DNA of 63,995 nt, filler included, from Phoronis australis (lineage: Eukaryota; Animalia; Phoronida), in NCBI GenBank assembly GCA_002633005.1. It is 4 parts of 4 records of this genome, joined end to end, with 100 filler letters (N's around TTAATTAATTAA, not from the genome) between each part and the next. Parts side by side here need not be neighbours in the genome. Positions count along the whole stretch, not along the records: positions 32,888 to 41,536 come from NMRA01000465.1; positions 41,637 to 63,995 come from NMRA01001333.1; 2 more parts are not named here. One strand, given 5' to 3'. Made by a program: the position numbers and the translations under genes. The notes beneath the pieces are model-generated. The model made no database searches. It worked only from the letters and a program-made list of their open reading frames with translations, and was not told where the DNA came from. Each line of letters opens with the position of its first letter. Position 1 is the first letter of the stretch. Positions 37,694 to 49,868 of this stretch are shown here, piece after piece.

Positions 37694-39088
37694 CCGTATT
37701 CGCCGTAATAACCGCCCATGCCCCTATAAGCGCCCCCCCCACGCGTTTTCAGACTTTGCTGAAATAAGCGCCCAGTCCATGAACGTGTACATGCGAATAA
37801 TGACGTACCTACAGTCCTAAAACTCGGCTACAGTAACGTCTTCAATTTATCAAAAAAATTTTGCACGGGTCTTCTAGACCACCAGTGGCACTGCTACTTC
37901 TGTATTTAGCCGTGACAAAGTAACACAGCGCTTCAAAAAGAACGCAACAGCATTGCTACGCTGTCGCGACGACCGTGTCCCATGGTCTGACCTTTCAGTA
38001 GACACATCGACTGTCTCGTGAATAAAAATAACTCGGTGTTAAACGCACGTGGCCAGGAAGCGCGCGCTGCATAACCTGTCATCAAAGACATTAGTTGGGA
38101 ACTATCCATTAATAAGCGGGTAGCATAGCATCGATAAGATATGAATATTGGAACCAATTTCCGACAATTTCTAATACGTACTATAAACATGTTTGCGTTA
38201 TTTTTGAGATGGATTGTTTGATTAACGATAATTGGTGTTATTAAGCCGAATATCCGATAAAATGACAACTGACAGTGAATGCTTACACACCGTTACACCG
38301 AAAAATAACTGTCAGATAGTTACGTACGCATCCAGCTACACGGAGACTAATATGGGCCTTGCCGAGACAAATGTCGAAAGTTTTTAGCACGAGATCGGCA
38401 AGTGCTGAATGAAACACGCTCTGGTTTAGGCCTACTGCTTGTGCACATTTCTTTAGACACATCTAGCTAGTTAGATTGCGTGGCTCTGGCCGAAAGACGG
38501 TCTCTGCTTTGGCAAATGAACCTTGGTGACACGCACACGCTCGCTTACTCGCAGACGAACTTCAAAACAAACGTCACGTGACAACAACATGAGTGTTCGT
38601 CCAGACATTTTTCTCGCCGTGTTGCTGATCATACATGTAGATGGCACGATGTTGCACAGATTTGTACTTAAACCTGCCGTTAATCCAGACTCCACGGGAA
38701 CTTAAAAAACCTAAGAGACGCTACTTATAAAACTTAATGAGGATTTCAGGTACTTTATCGAAACCATTTTTATTCAAGCATTGAAGTCGCCATATCAAGA
38801 CAGCGATTTCGAAGCAGTCAGTTGGCGAGTTTTCGCCCTGGGATTTCAACACAGTTTTCTGTAAAATGATCGTAATTTAGCAGCAAAGTTTGATAGCAAT
38901 GCACCACAGTTTTGTTGAAAGTCTTTCATAGATTACATATACGTCACAGAGCGTAAATTTGATGACTCTTAGCTTCCGATTTCACCCGTTTCGGAGACCG
39001 GGTTTCAACCGCTTTGGGTTACAATAAGCGCCCCCCGCCTGAACCGAACTTTTCTAAGTGCCCTGGGCGGTTATTACGGCGAATACGG
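37694..39088 (-). mobile_element. Tc1/mariner-superfamily (Tc2/pogo-like CCGTA TIR) non-autonomous element, copy 1, with HIRAN-like remnant
   Basis: Has a perfect 24-bp TIR, CCGTATTCGCCGTAATAACCGCCC, with TA on both flanks. Minus-strand remnants read LLKGQTMGH and VTAKYRSSSATGGLEDPCKIF. Confidence 0.85.
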
Positions 39089-41127
39089 TAATAAAAAACA
39101 CATCACACACTTACTTAATGGTCAATTAGTTTTCGACAGCATAGGTAAAATTTAACCATCTGTCTCCAAATCTATCACACAGTCCACTTTTGCCAAAAAT
39201 ATATTTCTCTATGGTATGTTTTTAAAATATGACTAGATTATAAAATCCCCCCCCTGATCTTTGACAGTACATGTAATATTTTGCTGGAATCAATTATGTT
39301 GATGAATATATATCATTGATTCCAAAAAGAACACTAGCATTGAATTCGTTATTGTTTCACCATTATCATTGAAACAAAGTTCAGAGACATTTTCCCAAAA
39401 AGTTCTAATAGATTTACTGTCAGAATAAATGCATTTAAGTTGTCCAAAATTTGTGCATCTTTTAAATCATAGGGTCAACTTTTTTGACATGTACTTTAAC
39501 GTTAAAATCTATTTTTAGATGGTGTTTACACCTTTGGTTCTGGGGTCAAAGCACTCTACAGATTCTAGAAATTTCTGAGAACAAATTGTAACAGCCAATG
39601 TTATGATTGGATATTATCATATGGTTTTTATTACCCAATCACTACATGTTAAGTAGAATATTATAATATGGGCTAAAATCAAGAAGATATTCAGATGAGC
39701 TATAGTAGTTGAAGCATAAAGACTTGCAACAGTGTACAGAGGAAATTGTACAACAGAGCCACCTTGTGGAAGATTCTAGAGAAGATCTTTGCAAGGGCAA
39801 GGGTGAACGAACAGGAAGTTAACTAAGACCTTGTCACTTGCATCATGGGTAGTAAGATACTGCTGAAGAGTTGCGTCACCAGAGACTGTGACCAGCAGGA
39901 AGAATCGTGGGTAGAAGAAACTGCCTGCAAGAGTTGCGTCAACAAAGACTGTGACCAACAAGTACACTGTCGCTATACAGTGTGTGTAGTTCGAAGATTC
40001 ACCAACAGGACAGACATCCAACAAGTGGCGAGTCCTACAGCTTGGATAGCAGATAAGACATTTGATTATTTTGGTTGATTAATTGAAGTAATCTTTAAAG
40101 AGGGCACTATCATAGTTACTCTTCTTTGTAGCTGATTACTTAATTAACAACGGGTTTCACTTGTCGAATTAGTGGTTATCATATAATAAATTAATTACTG
40201 GATTTAATCATTCTCTCTCCATCTACGCACAATCTCAAAACATAGCTACCTTTTAAACAAACCCACAGTATATTTCTGACATTCACAAAACGGACATATT
40301 CAATCTGTCAAAGGGTTTCTGGGGCTTGTTTACAAAATGCACAAGCAAAAGACTCTAAAATACCTATTTTATAAAGATACGAATTTCTGCATAATATTCC
40401 ATGATTTAGTCAATAATGAAACCATCTTAGTTTAACATCAAGAGAAAAATTAAACAAACTTATGTACACTGTTTTCCAACCCATAGTTAACTCATTGCCA
40501 ATCTCAGAAGTCCATTTATACTCACCTGTCAGATTTATCCCCATGTTACGATTAAATATATCATACACTGTGCAACATCCTCTCATTTCTTATCAGTTTT
40601 AACACTTCAGATAATGTGGTAGAAGTATTACAGCACTCACATTTGAATTATAATTCCAAAAAAATTGTTATTGTATTAAAGGAAAACTTTATACAAAATG
40701 TCTTGTAATATAAAATATTCCATCATATACAAATCTTACTCCTATATCATTCTATGACTTTAAAAAATGACTTTTTGTTCACTCTGATTGAAGAGTTATA
40801 TCAGAAGAACTGACACATGAAAAAGATTTTCGGAATCGCCGATGTCTCCTTGATCAGTTTGACACTGTCTTTCAAGACAGAAAATATTTCCATCCAGATA
40901 GCATGACAAAAATCGCCTCGGAGACACCACAAAACTTTCTTTCAAACTGCTTCAGTCCAAATATATCTACAAGCTTTACATATTTTTCGTATATCTCATT
41001 ACCCACAAGTATGTTTCACATAATTCTACGTATTTGTGTAAGTTTCAGTGTATTTATGTAAGAAGCCAAGTGGACACACATCTGCCACTTTCAAAGTCCT
41101 GGCGCAAGTTTCAAGAAAACTGACTTA

Positions 41128-41536
41128 CCGTAATCGTTCGGGTTAACGCCCATGCTCAGTTAACCGCCCATCCCCGACTTTAAGTGGATTTTCGATTTAA
41201 CCGCCCATTGCTCGGTTAACCGCCCCCCTGCGATTTTTTAAGATTTCCAGTTAAGCGCCCACCTCTCGGTTAAGCGCCCATCCCCGACTTTTAAAGAGTG
41301 AAGATTTGGCGCCTAGTGCTAAGGAAACGCGCGATTCCCCGACTTTTAGAAAAAGATCGATGATCACAATGAGTGCAACGACACCGGGACTCCCGAGACG
41401 GTGGTTTAGCAATCTGAATTACAATACAGGTAACGAGTTATTGTCTTGGGTCATGAACTCACTTCAAAATATAATACTTGAACCTTTTTGTCTCTTTATT
41501 TTCTTCCCTTGTTTGCAAAGTTTAAGAACGCCGCCG
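41128..41536. mobile_element. One end of a related CCGTA-TIR element, cut by a gap
   Basis: Starts TA-CCGTAATCGTTCGGGTTAACGCCC, followed by repeated TTAA(C/G)CGCCC and CCCCGACTTT subterminal motifs. Confidence 0.65.
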
Positions 41537-41636
41537 NNNNNNNNNNNNNNNNNNNNNNNNNNNNNNNNNNNNNNNNNNNNTTAATTAATTAANNNNNNNN
41601 NNNNNNNNNNNNNNNNNNNNNNNNNNNNNNNNNNNN
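41537..41636. other. Assembly gap with TTAATTAATTAA linker
   Basis: 44 N + linker + 44 N. Confidence 0.95.
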
Positions 41637-42104
41637 ACCTTGATTTGAAGTGCAGGCAATTGATGGCACCTAAAGGCTTCTTTCCTTAATAGAATGATAG
41701 CGATGTGTCTCAAGCAGTCAAAACAATGTCTTGGGTTAATAAATACATGAATAAAATTTCTGTTCCTTAATTACAAAACAATACCAAGGGGAAACATCAG
41801 GAAGAAAACACCCAAGACTGTACATCTCCAAGAAGTATAAAGCCTCTGAGAAAACTGCTCCGTGTACAATAATAGCACCAAGCAAAGTATTTCACCAAGG
41901 ACAAATCGATGTGAATTTCCAACAAGGGCAGATGAAGGAGTTCTAGGCCACATAACCATAGCAACTGAACCAATGAGAACATTATGTCATAAGCTATGGC
42001 ACAAAATATGGCCGACAAGTGAAATTCTGTTTCGATAAATTTCTAAAAATGAAGAACATTTTTGTCTGGTTAGTAGCGTGTAGATGCCAGAAAACAACAT
42101 TTGC

Positions 42105-42480
42105 TTATTTATTTACTTATTTCTTTAAACTTCTTTAAAAGACCAGGTGACCACTTCAGTGAATACACTGATTTTCAAGTGGGCCCAGTGGGAAATAATC
42201 TACATGAAGTAAAATACAAAGAGCTATGAACAATTAGACTGAAAAGATTAATAAATAAAATAAATTAGTATAACACTAGTTGATATGTACAATTCGATGA
42301 ATAAATAAGATAAAATAGAGTAAAATAATGATGAGTAATTTTGTTCGAAGACGTGGACATTGGGTGCATTCGCGACGGTAGTCCCCAGCTCTTTGTAAGC
42401 GACAGTACCTGTGTAAGCAAAAGTTCTTTTGCCACAGTTGTTTTCAGATTTATCTGGTACCAGAGAACCAGAAACACTCA
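42105..42480 (-). mobile_element. LINE (L2/Crack-group) 3' end
   Basis: The ORF2-tail-like sequence reads LVP....CGKRTFAYTG. It is followed by a CAGTG-TATT-CACTG stem-loop and a TAAA-repeat tail. Confidence 0.7.
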
Positions 42481-42598
42481 CTCTAGTATAATTGTCAATT
42501 ACGAGAATCTCTGACTGCTTTGAATTTAGTAGTGAGGTACTAAGGTGTAAGGGTATGTATGAGTTTGTACAACATAAAGTTTAAATGAAAGGCATGCC

Positions 42599-43157
42599 TG
42601 CAGACCAGAAGCGTGTTCAATAGAATGAGCGATTTGAGCGCCCTCATCCTGAACAGCTGTGTTTACCTTAGCGCTCGCAAGCGCTCGCAAACAACCTCGA
42701 GAGCATGTTCGCTTAGATTTCCAAGATGGCGTCCTGCGAAGGCTTCATGTCTGCAACATATGAACCCATTATGGTTCTGCAACACGAAAACTAATCTCAA
42801 AAGTTGACCGACTCATCCAAAAGTGCGACTTAAATTGGGTGTCGCTGTACCGAGGAACAGTTTCCAAGAACATACTAGAATTTTCGATTCTTGTCGTTCC
42901 AATAAGCCTTCACGGTTGTTGTCTTGGGCTGCCGATATTAATATTTGCGAAGATTAATCATAGTCATCGCTCAGTACGCCATAGGATTTAACGACTGTTA
43001 GTGTTAAGCTCATTGGCCAAGACGTTCAACACAATCTGCTTCTGAGTCACCATACTGGATCGCACAGTGAGCGCTCACAGGTGTTCAGGAGCTGTTCCTT
43101 GTATTCGCGAGTACACGCTAACGGGCGCTCACTCTGTTGAACACGCTTCAGGCTGCA
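42599..43157. mobile_element. MITE with GAAGCGTGTTCAA(T/C)AGA.TGAGCG inverted termini
   Basis: Imperfect TIRs at about 42599-42631 and 43126-43157, with subterminal GAGCGCTC motifs. Confidence 0.65.
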
Positions 43158-43454
43158 CTAATAAGGTGTATCGAGGTCAGAAATAGGAAATTCATCATAA
43201 AGGCCACTATAGTTGAGTATCAGCCTCCCAGCCTTATTAAATTCCCATCATTTGCAAAAACGTAATCATCTCTCGAACAAAGGACAAATGACCATTTTGG
43301 CAATTATTTTTGTGCGAAATAAGTGGAGAATTGCCATAATAAAATTGTCTCAAAGAATTGCACTCATTCACTTGACCTTCTAACTTAACTCTCTGCAATA
43401 TATTCTACCAAAATCCATTTCGTCTAATGAGCTGAAATTTCCCGCATCACACCC

Positions 43455-45777
43455 TGGGGCTCGACATTAACGGTAGTCCGACTGCTCGGGACAACCAGTT
43501 TGTTGGTCTGGGCAAGCTCATCACTTGTCCGACAGGACAAGTTAATGAATTTTTGGAAACTATAGTAAATCTGTACGATCAGAACTACTTTGCAGCAGTG
43601 ATAACTCACTTGTTTAGCCATCAGTGTCGGTAATATGCGGCGCAAATTGGCAAGGTGTTGATTAGACTATGCAGGAGATCATGACTGGACGTGATCCGAG
43701 GCACTTGCATTCAAATAGTTCTAACCAAAGTGACGTGGTCTCATTAAAATACACGACAGTAGCTCACGTAATCTGGAAAAGTTTTGATTTTAGCTAGGTC
43801 TTAGCGTATCCGAGCATTTTGAACGCACGCCAGGTTCCCGATGATACATCTCAGTCGGAGGGCGCCTAAAACCAGTTCGCTCAATGTACTTGAGTCGGCA
43901 TGTACTGATCATTGAGACAGCACTTGTCGAATGTATTTCGTTTGCTGCAGAAAAACAAACAAAGCAGCACTTGCCAGGGATATCACGCCCGTGGCCAAAC
44001 TTTCTGTGTTTCCCCGTGACAGTACACGAAACATAACCACCCTGAGCATTGAAATATAAAAGACCCCCCATTTGGCAAAGTAAGTACAAAAGGGCCGCCT
44101 CCGAGCGACAAAAAGTCTGAGATAACTGGACAAAAGACCACTAAATAAGCGTGAACAGTGGTGCTCCCGTTTTTTTTAGTCCGCTCGCTGTTTTGTTAGG
44201 ATAAGATCCACACATCAAGAATTCGAGCCTCCCCTCCAAATTGAAGGCTGGGTGCACACATGTAGAAGCGCAAGTCGAACATTCTGTCCACATTCCACGT
44301 CGCCAAAAACTTATTTTTGTGAACTTTTGGTTTACCTGATGACTTTTTACAAGGTGTTTTTGCTTCATTATTTTTGCAGCTGACCGAGTACAACTGTTGC
44401 CTAATAATAGAATCGTCTGAACGAACAACAGCGGTGTTGGCTTAGAACTTAAAAAAGATGTATACACTGTATATAATGTTACACTGTTCAAAGTATTCAA
44501 CAAGAAGAGCTGTCAATCATTAGCACGTGCTTGGTTGCCTAAGTGTCCAGCTGGAAGCAAATCTTTACACAATCAAGTGCTTCCCTAAAAGTACACCGCG
44601 AACTAGCGGAGTCTTGTTTAATCTGTCTTTTCTCTCAAGAACCTTTCCCTACTGAACGTATGCCTACCTGTAGGAATACCTTAGTTCTAAGAGATGAGCA
44701 GCAGCAACCGGGGTATGTAAAAACCCAATCACGCTCAGGATTACGACACCACTGTATCATGTGCGCAGGCCGTTGGAAGTCCGTTACTTCAATCCCCGGA
44801 CCTATATTTTAACTGATATGCTTGAAGTCCGACGTCAATGTAGCTCTGTCAGGGTAAAATCGGTCATTCGTGCAGTAAGCAACAACTCCCGACTTTTCAA
44901 AAACCTCGATGTTAACCCGCCCATGCTCGGCTTACCCCATCCCCTGGTTTTTAGATTCTCAATTTAAGCGCCCTGGGCGGTAACGGGGACGAGCACGATA
45001 AGTCAAATTTCAATCATTTGCTCATTAACATATTTTGACACTTGATCATTACAATTTATGATTGAGTTACGTATAAGACTCACGTGTAGTAGAGATAACT
45101 CGCTAGCACGTATTATCGAACTTTACGACATTCTAACGGCATGTGTGGAAATTGTCCTCTGCGCCGCTGTCTGCAATGTCGAAACAGATACTTAGCTTGC
45201 GTGTGGGTTCAAGTCAAGGATCTCTAATCTTGCAATTGTTAACCAAGGGCGTGAAACCACCAAGCAACAGTATGAAACCAATAAGCAAAAACGAGAATTC
45301 CTTCCGAAATGGAAGATTTTGACTGATTACAGTATGATAGCGATCAGGAATAAAATGTGTTGTGTCCCGTGTGAAAAATACGCCAACACAAACAGTTTAC
45401 CTCTTGCGTCTAGGTCAGATGTGTTCAGGATCGAATCTTTGAAAAGTCACAAACAGTAGACGTCTCACTCAGTAGCTTATAAAAGACATATAACTGAATT
45501 TAAAAACTAGGGTAAACTTGTAGCGTGTTCACTGGTGAAATCCAAATACAAATACCCACTTTAATAAACTTGTGCAAAATTTAATGTCATGGATTATAAT
45601 AAGCTTTACACATGCTTATTGAGCTTGTGCTAACACTGTGCAACATTCATATATGTTTGAAAAGTATAATTTGAGTTTAATTACCTTTGGACAAGTGTCT
45701 CATAGGTCAGGACAAGTCAATTTCATTTGTACTTGTCCAACTGGAAAAGTTAGAATAAAAGTTAATGTTGAGCCCTG
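43455..45777 (+). mobile_element. Non-autonomous hAT element with TTF-type zinc-finger remnant and a nested insertion
   Basis: TIRs are GGGCTCGACATTAAC and GTTAATGTTGAGCCCTG, with ACTTGTCC/GGACAAGT subterminal motifs at both ends. Positions 45285-45470 read KREFLPKWK..LQYDSD..KMCCVPCEKY..FRIESLKSH across frameshifts. Confidence 0.65.
43790..44998 (-). mobile_element. CCGTA-family element fragment with HIRAN-like remnant, nested in the hAT element
   Basis: The degenerate TIR at 44975-44998 continues CCGCCCAGGGCGCTTA, like the matching end of copies 1 and 2. The minus strand reads QGGYVSCTVTGKHRKFGHGRDIPGKC. Confidence 0.55.
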
Positions 45778-47495
45778 TGACCCAATTATATAGATTGCAT
45801 CCAATCACGCAATTTAGGTAGTGCTCTCAAAAAAGGACAAAGATGTTTACCCACACCAGCAAAACCTGAATTCAAAACCTATGATGACCCTATAAAGGCA
45901 TCGGAGCTCTCATGGTGTTAGCATGAAGGCGCTCTATGGACCTTTCCAGAATATAGCACATTATCCAATCAAAACGTCATGCAGTTAAATCTGCATTTCG
46001 CCCTGTATAGCTGAATGAAAAACAAAAAATTAATTAGGTCTTTCACTCTCATCAAATCAGTCTCATAATATCTCTTCACGTGACAGGGACTTATTTCTGT
46101 TGCAATCAAGAAAACACACAGAGGTTGGCAAACCATAAAAATGCAGATTCAAAAATGGTGCATGTGTTTAAAGATGCCAGCTCATTTGGCAATAACTCAG
46201 GATTGGATGAGCATGGTGATGCCTGGGTAAAGAGTTCAACATTGCCAGCTAAACGCTGGCTGAAATGCAGCTTTAACTGGTTAGAAACATGTGGTCTGAA
46301 CAGCATGCAGCTCATGTTCAATTTAAGCAACCAGCTCAACACTTCATCTGCTCCGAGGCTAAGACTGACAACTCCATACAAGAAAGGGAATGCGTACCAT
46401 GTAAACAGGAACAAAACTGCAGATATATGAAAAAAGCTTGTTTTTATTTTGATAAAGCATTACACCATTCACAGCAGCTAAGATGTTAAATTTTTGTTGG
46501 AGGTCAATATACATAGCATTAAGTATTTAAATCCAAAGTTAATTACCGTAAAATTCTCCTGTATGGGCAACGAAAAATTAATTAATTTGCTAAAGGTTGG
46601 AGTTTCTACCAAATTTTAGAAATAGACAGTAATGGCTGTCCCAAATTCAAGAATTATGAGAAGGCAAATTTGTCACTTTATTCCAGATTTAGTGGACACA
46701 AAATGCAGTGTCCGATATTTGAGAATTGTGATGAACGTCAAAAGTATCCATGTCCCAGTCTACAGAATCAAGAAAATTCAATTGGCTTGAATTTCGGTAT
46801 CTCAGATTTTAGAGGACTGCCAAAGCTGGAGATTTTTTACCATAATAATCAGTTCCAATCAAATTGAAAAAGTCACCTTTTGCCAAAGAGTTTCAATATG
46901 CCAAATAGAAGAACTTATCCTAAGGCTTGAGACCATCTTTAACATAGTGTAACACTTGTTTCCCCTCGCTCTATCTAAGTTGACACAGCAGTAAATTATT
47001 TACCTTTTACTCTTTATTATTGAGGCCTACACATTTCTTTCCAAAAAAATACTTTTTATTTTCATAATTGAAAAAGTAATTCTTACTCAGACTATGAATA
47101 AAATGTATCCAGTCAGCTGTGTGAAGGAAAACAAACTGAATTTCGATTTTAGCCTTGACAAATTTTACAGTTATCTTGTTTTATAAATCAATGTACAAAT
47201 AATTTCCCATTCTACAGGCCACTACCAGACATTTTATAAGGTACAAATGTCTGAATAGCAAACAATAACTGATAAGAGAACTGGCGGTTATGAAGAAAAT
47301 GAAATACAATGTAGACTGCATACTGCACAATCAAAGTGTGATAATACAAAATGATTCAATTGTTTGTGCTATCAGACAGGCTTCAATCTAAAGTTACCTG
47401 TGATCTCAATTCAAAGTATATACATCACAGATCTGATCAATGCAGCTCAAGTTATCATTTAGTATTGATAGGCCCTACAGGCTACATTTAGAATA

Positions 47496-48993
47496 CCGTA
47501 TTCGCTGTAATAACCGCCCAGGGTGCTTAGAAAAGTTCATTTCAGGGGGGGCATTAATTATAACCCAAGGCCGTTGAAACCCGGACTCCGAAACGGGTGA
47601 AATCGGAAGCTAAGATTCATCATATTTACGCTCTGTGACATATCTGTAATTTATGAAAGACTTTCTACAAAACCGTGGTGCACTGCTATCAAACTTTTCT
47701 GCTAAATTTTGATCATTTTACAGAAAATTGTGTTGAAATCCCGGGGCGAAAACTCGCCGACTGCCTGCCTCACAATCGTCGATATGGCGACTTGAATGCT
47801 TGAATAAAAATACAGTTTCGACTCGGCAAATTACCTGAAATCCTCCTTAAGTTTTCCAAGTAGCGTCCCTAAGATTTTCAAGTTCCCGTGGAGTCGGGAT
47901 CACGGCAGGTTTAAGTACAAATCTGTGCTACATTGTGCCATCTACATGTATGATCGGCAACATGAGAAAAATGTCTGGACGAACACACATGTTGTTGTCA
48001 CGTGACGTTTGTTTTGAATTTGACTGCGTTTGTGAGCATGCGTGTGACACCAGAGTTCATTTGCCAGAGCAGAGACCGTCTTTTGGCCAGAGCCACGCAA
48101 TCTAATGAGCTAGATGTGCATTGTATCTAAAGAAATTTGCACAAGCAGTACACCTAAACCACAGCGTGTTTCATTCAGCACTTGCTGGTCTCATATGCTA
48201 AAAAACGTTCGACATTTGTCTCGGTAAGGCCATAATAGTCGCCGTGTGGCTGGATTATCTGACAGTTATTTTTCGGTGTAAGGGTGTATAAGCATTCACT
48301 GTCGGTGGTCATTTTATCGGATACTTGGCTTAAAAACACCAATTATGGTTAATCAAACAATTCCTCTTAAAAATAATGCAAACATTTTTTGTAGTATTGG
48401 AAACTGTCGGAAATTAGTGCCAATATTCATTTCTTGCCGATGCTATGCTAACCCGTTTCATGAATGGATAGTTCCAGGCCGACTAATGTCTTTGATGACA
48501 GGTTCATGTATATAGCGCGCGTTTCCTCGCCAGGTGCTTTTAACACTGACCAAGCTTTTTATTAGTCTTTTGATTCGCGGTTTTCATGTGTACAAAGAAA
48601 TTTGGATTCCTGTTGAAACCGGGAAATATCTACAAAGCAATCCCGTAGACAAGTACAGTGCTTCTGTTCTGAAAGGCATGACCATTGGTCCTCGCAATAT
48701 CAGCAGAGCTTTTGTGTTCATTTTGAGGCATGGCGGAAGTTTGAAGTGTATAGTCACGGCTAAATACCGCCATAGCGGTAAGGCTCGTGGTCTACAAATT
48801 CTGTGCACAATGATTTTTTTCAGGACTGTCGGATATTATTGATAAATTGAAGATGTTACTGTAGAATTTTAGGACCGTAGGTAAGACATTTTTAATACGT
48901 ACACGTTCATGGACTGGGTGCTTATTTTAGCAAAGTCTGAAAACGCGTGGGGGGCGCTTATAGGGGCATGGGCGGTTATTATGGCGAATACGG
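47496..48993 (+). mobile_element. CCGTA-TIR non-autonomous element, copy 2 (inverted relative to copy 1)
   Basis: TIRs are CCGTATTCGCTGTAATAACCGCCC and GGGCGGTTATTATGGCGAATACGG, with TA flanks. It is collinear with the reverse complement of 37694-39088. Confidence 0.88.
48534..48842 (+). pseudogene. HIRAN-like domain ORF, partly eroded, inside the TIR element
   Basis: Reads IRGFHVYKEIW.P...NPVDKYSASV..TIG.PRNISR...ILRHGGSLKCIVTAKYRHS...GLQILC, the pattern of metazoan stand-alone HIRAN-like proteins. Confidence 0.7.
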
Positions 48994-49868
48994 TAGTTGA
49001 TGTGTGCCAGTGGAGACTGTGAAGGTCTGTGCAATCCAAATATTTCCTTTTTTTAGTTGCCTAAGGAGGTTGTGTTAGCCAAAGACTGGCACAAATTCAT
49101 CAGAACAGTTCTTGCATGGGTTGTCATCAGCTTAGAGTGTGTCGGATGTCAGCAACTTGTCCAATATTAGCATAGTGTGCTGAGGATAAGAGCAGAGAAT
49201 TGGCGGGACATGTATTTGATCCCATTTGCAAGTTGTATAGAATTAAACTTCATAAAGCTCAGAAAAGTCCATGTATAAACCTTGAAAAATGACACCAGGG
49301 GGCATGTTTCTCAGAGTTTTATTGGCTTTAGTCTTTGGCCTAAAATCCGGCTATGGAAGGTTCACGAAAACAAGCTAAGGTTGAAAGTCAAAAAATCTAT
49401 CTAACTCTTAAGTCAACAGACAGAAATCCATAGACTGCTCGACTAAATAGAAGACCAGATGTTTTGAGAAATGCAAAGATAAAAATGTGTTTTTAGCTAT
49501 TCATAATCAGATTTCTGATTTTTGGCTTGAGTCATAAAACAAAAACCAATATCCTTTTTGAAAAACAAGCCCTTGAAGTGACTTCAGTCAGAAATTTTGT
49601 TTCACGCTACTATTTCCGAAAATAATGTCATCTCAACTCAACAAAACTACAAGTTTTCTGAAATATACCTGCAATTGCTAATTGCTCAGATAATTTGGTG
49701 TTCTTAGACATACTGTTACAGGTAGGGGCATGCTTCATTGGGTTGAACAAGTGTACTCAGTTGGATAAAAGGCATCAACACCTGAATAGGCTCAAACAAA
49801 GTCGATTCAATCATAAAGGTGTTTGAGGTAAAATAAAACCAAAATTAACAACTACCACTAGTTTTTAA

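Noticed and set aside
37075-37767. Repetitive ORFs (YVVQRFAIMT)n and (YNVSHNSKTL)n, or a CRISPR-like array
   Set aside because: These are products of spacerless 41-bp and 30-bp minisatellites.
41128-44998. A single continuous 3.9-kb CCGTA element
   Set aside because: The two ends are of complementary type but are separated by a linker gap, and the right part lies within a separate hAT element.
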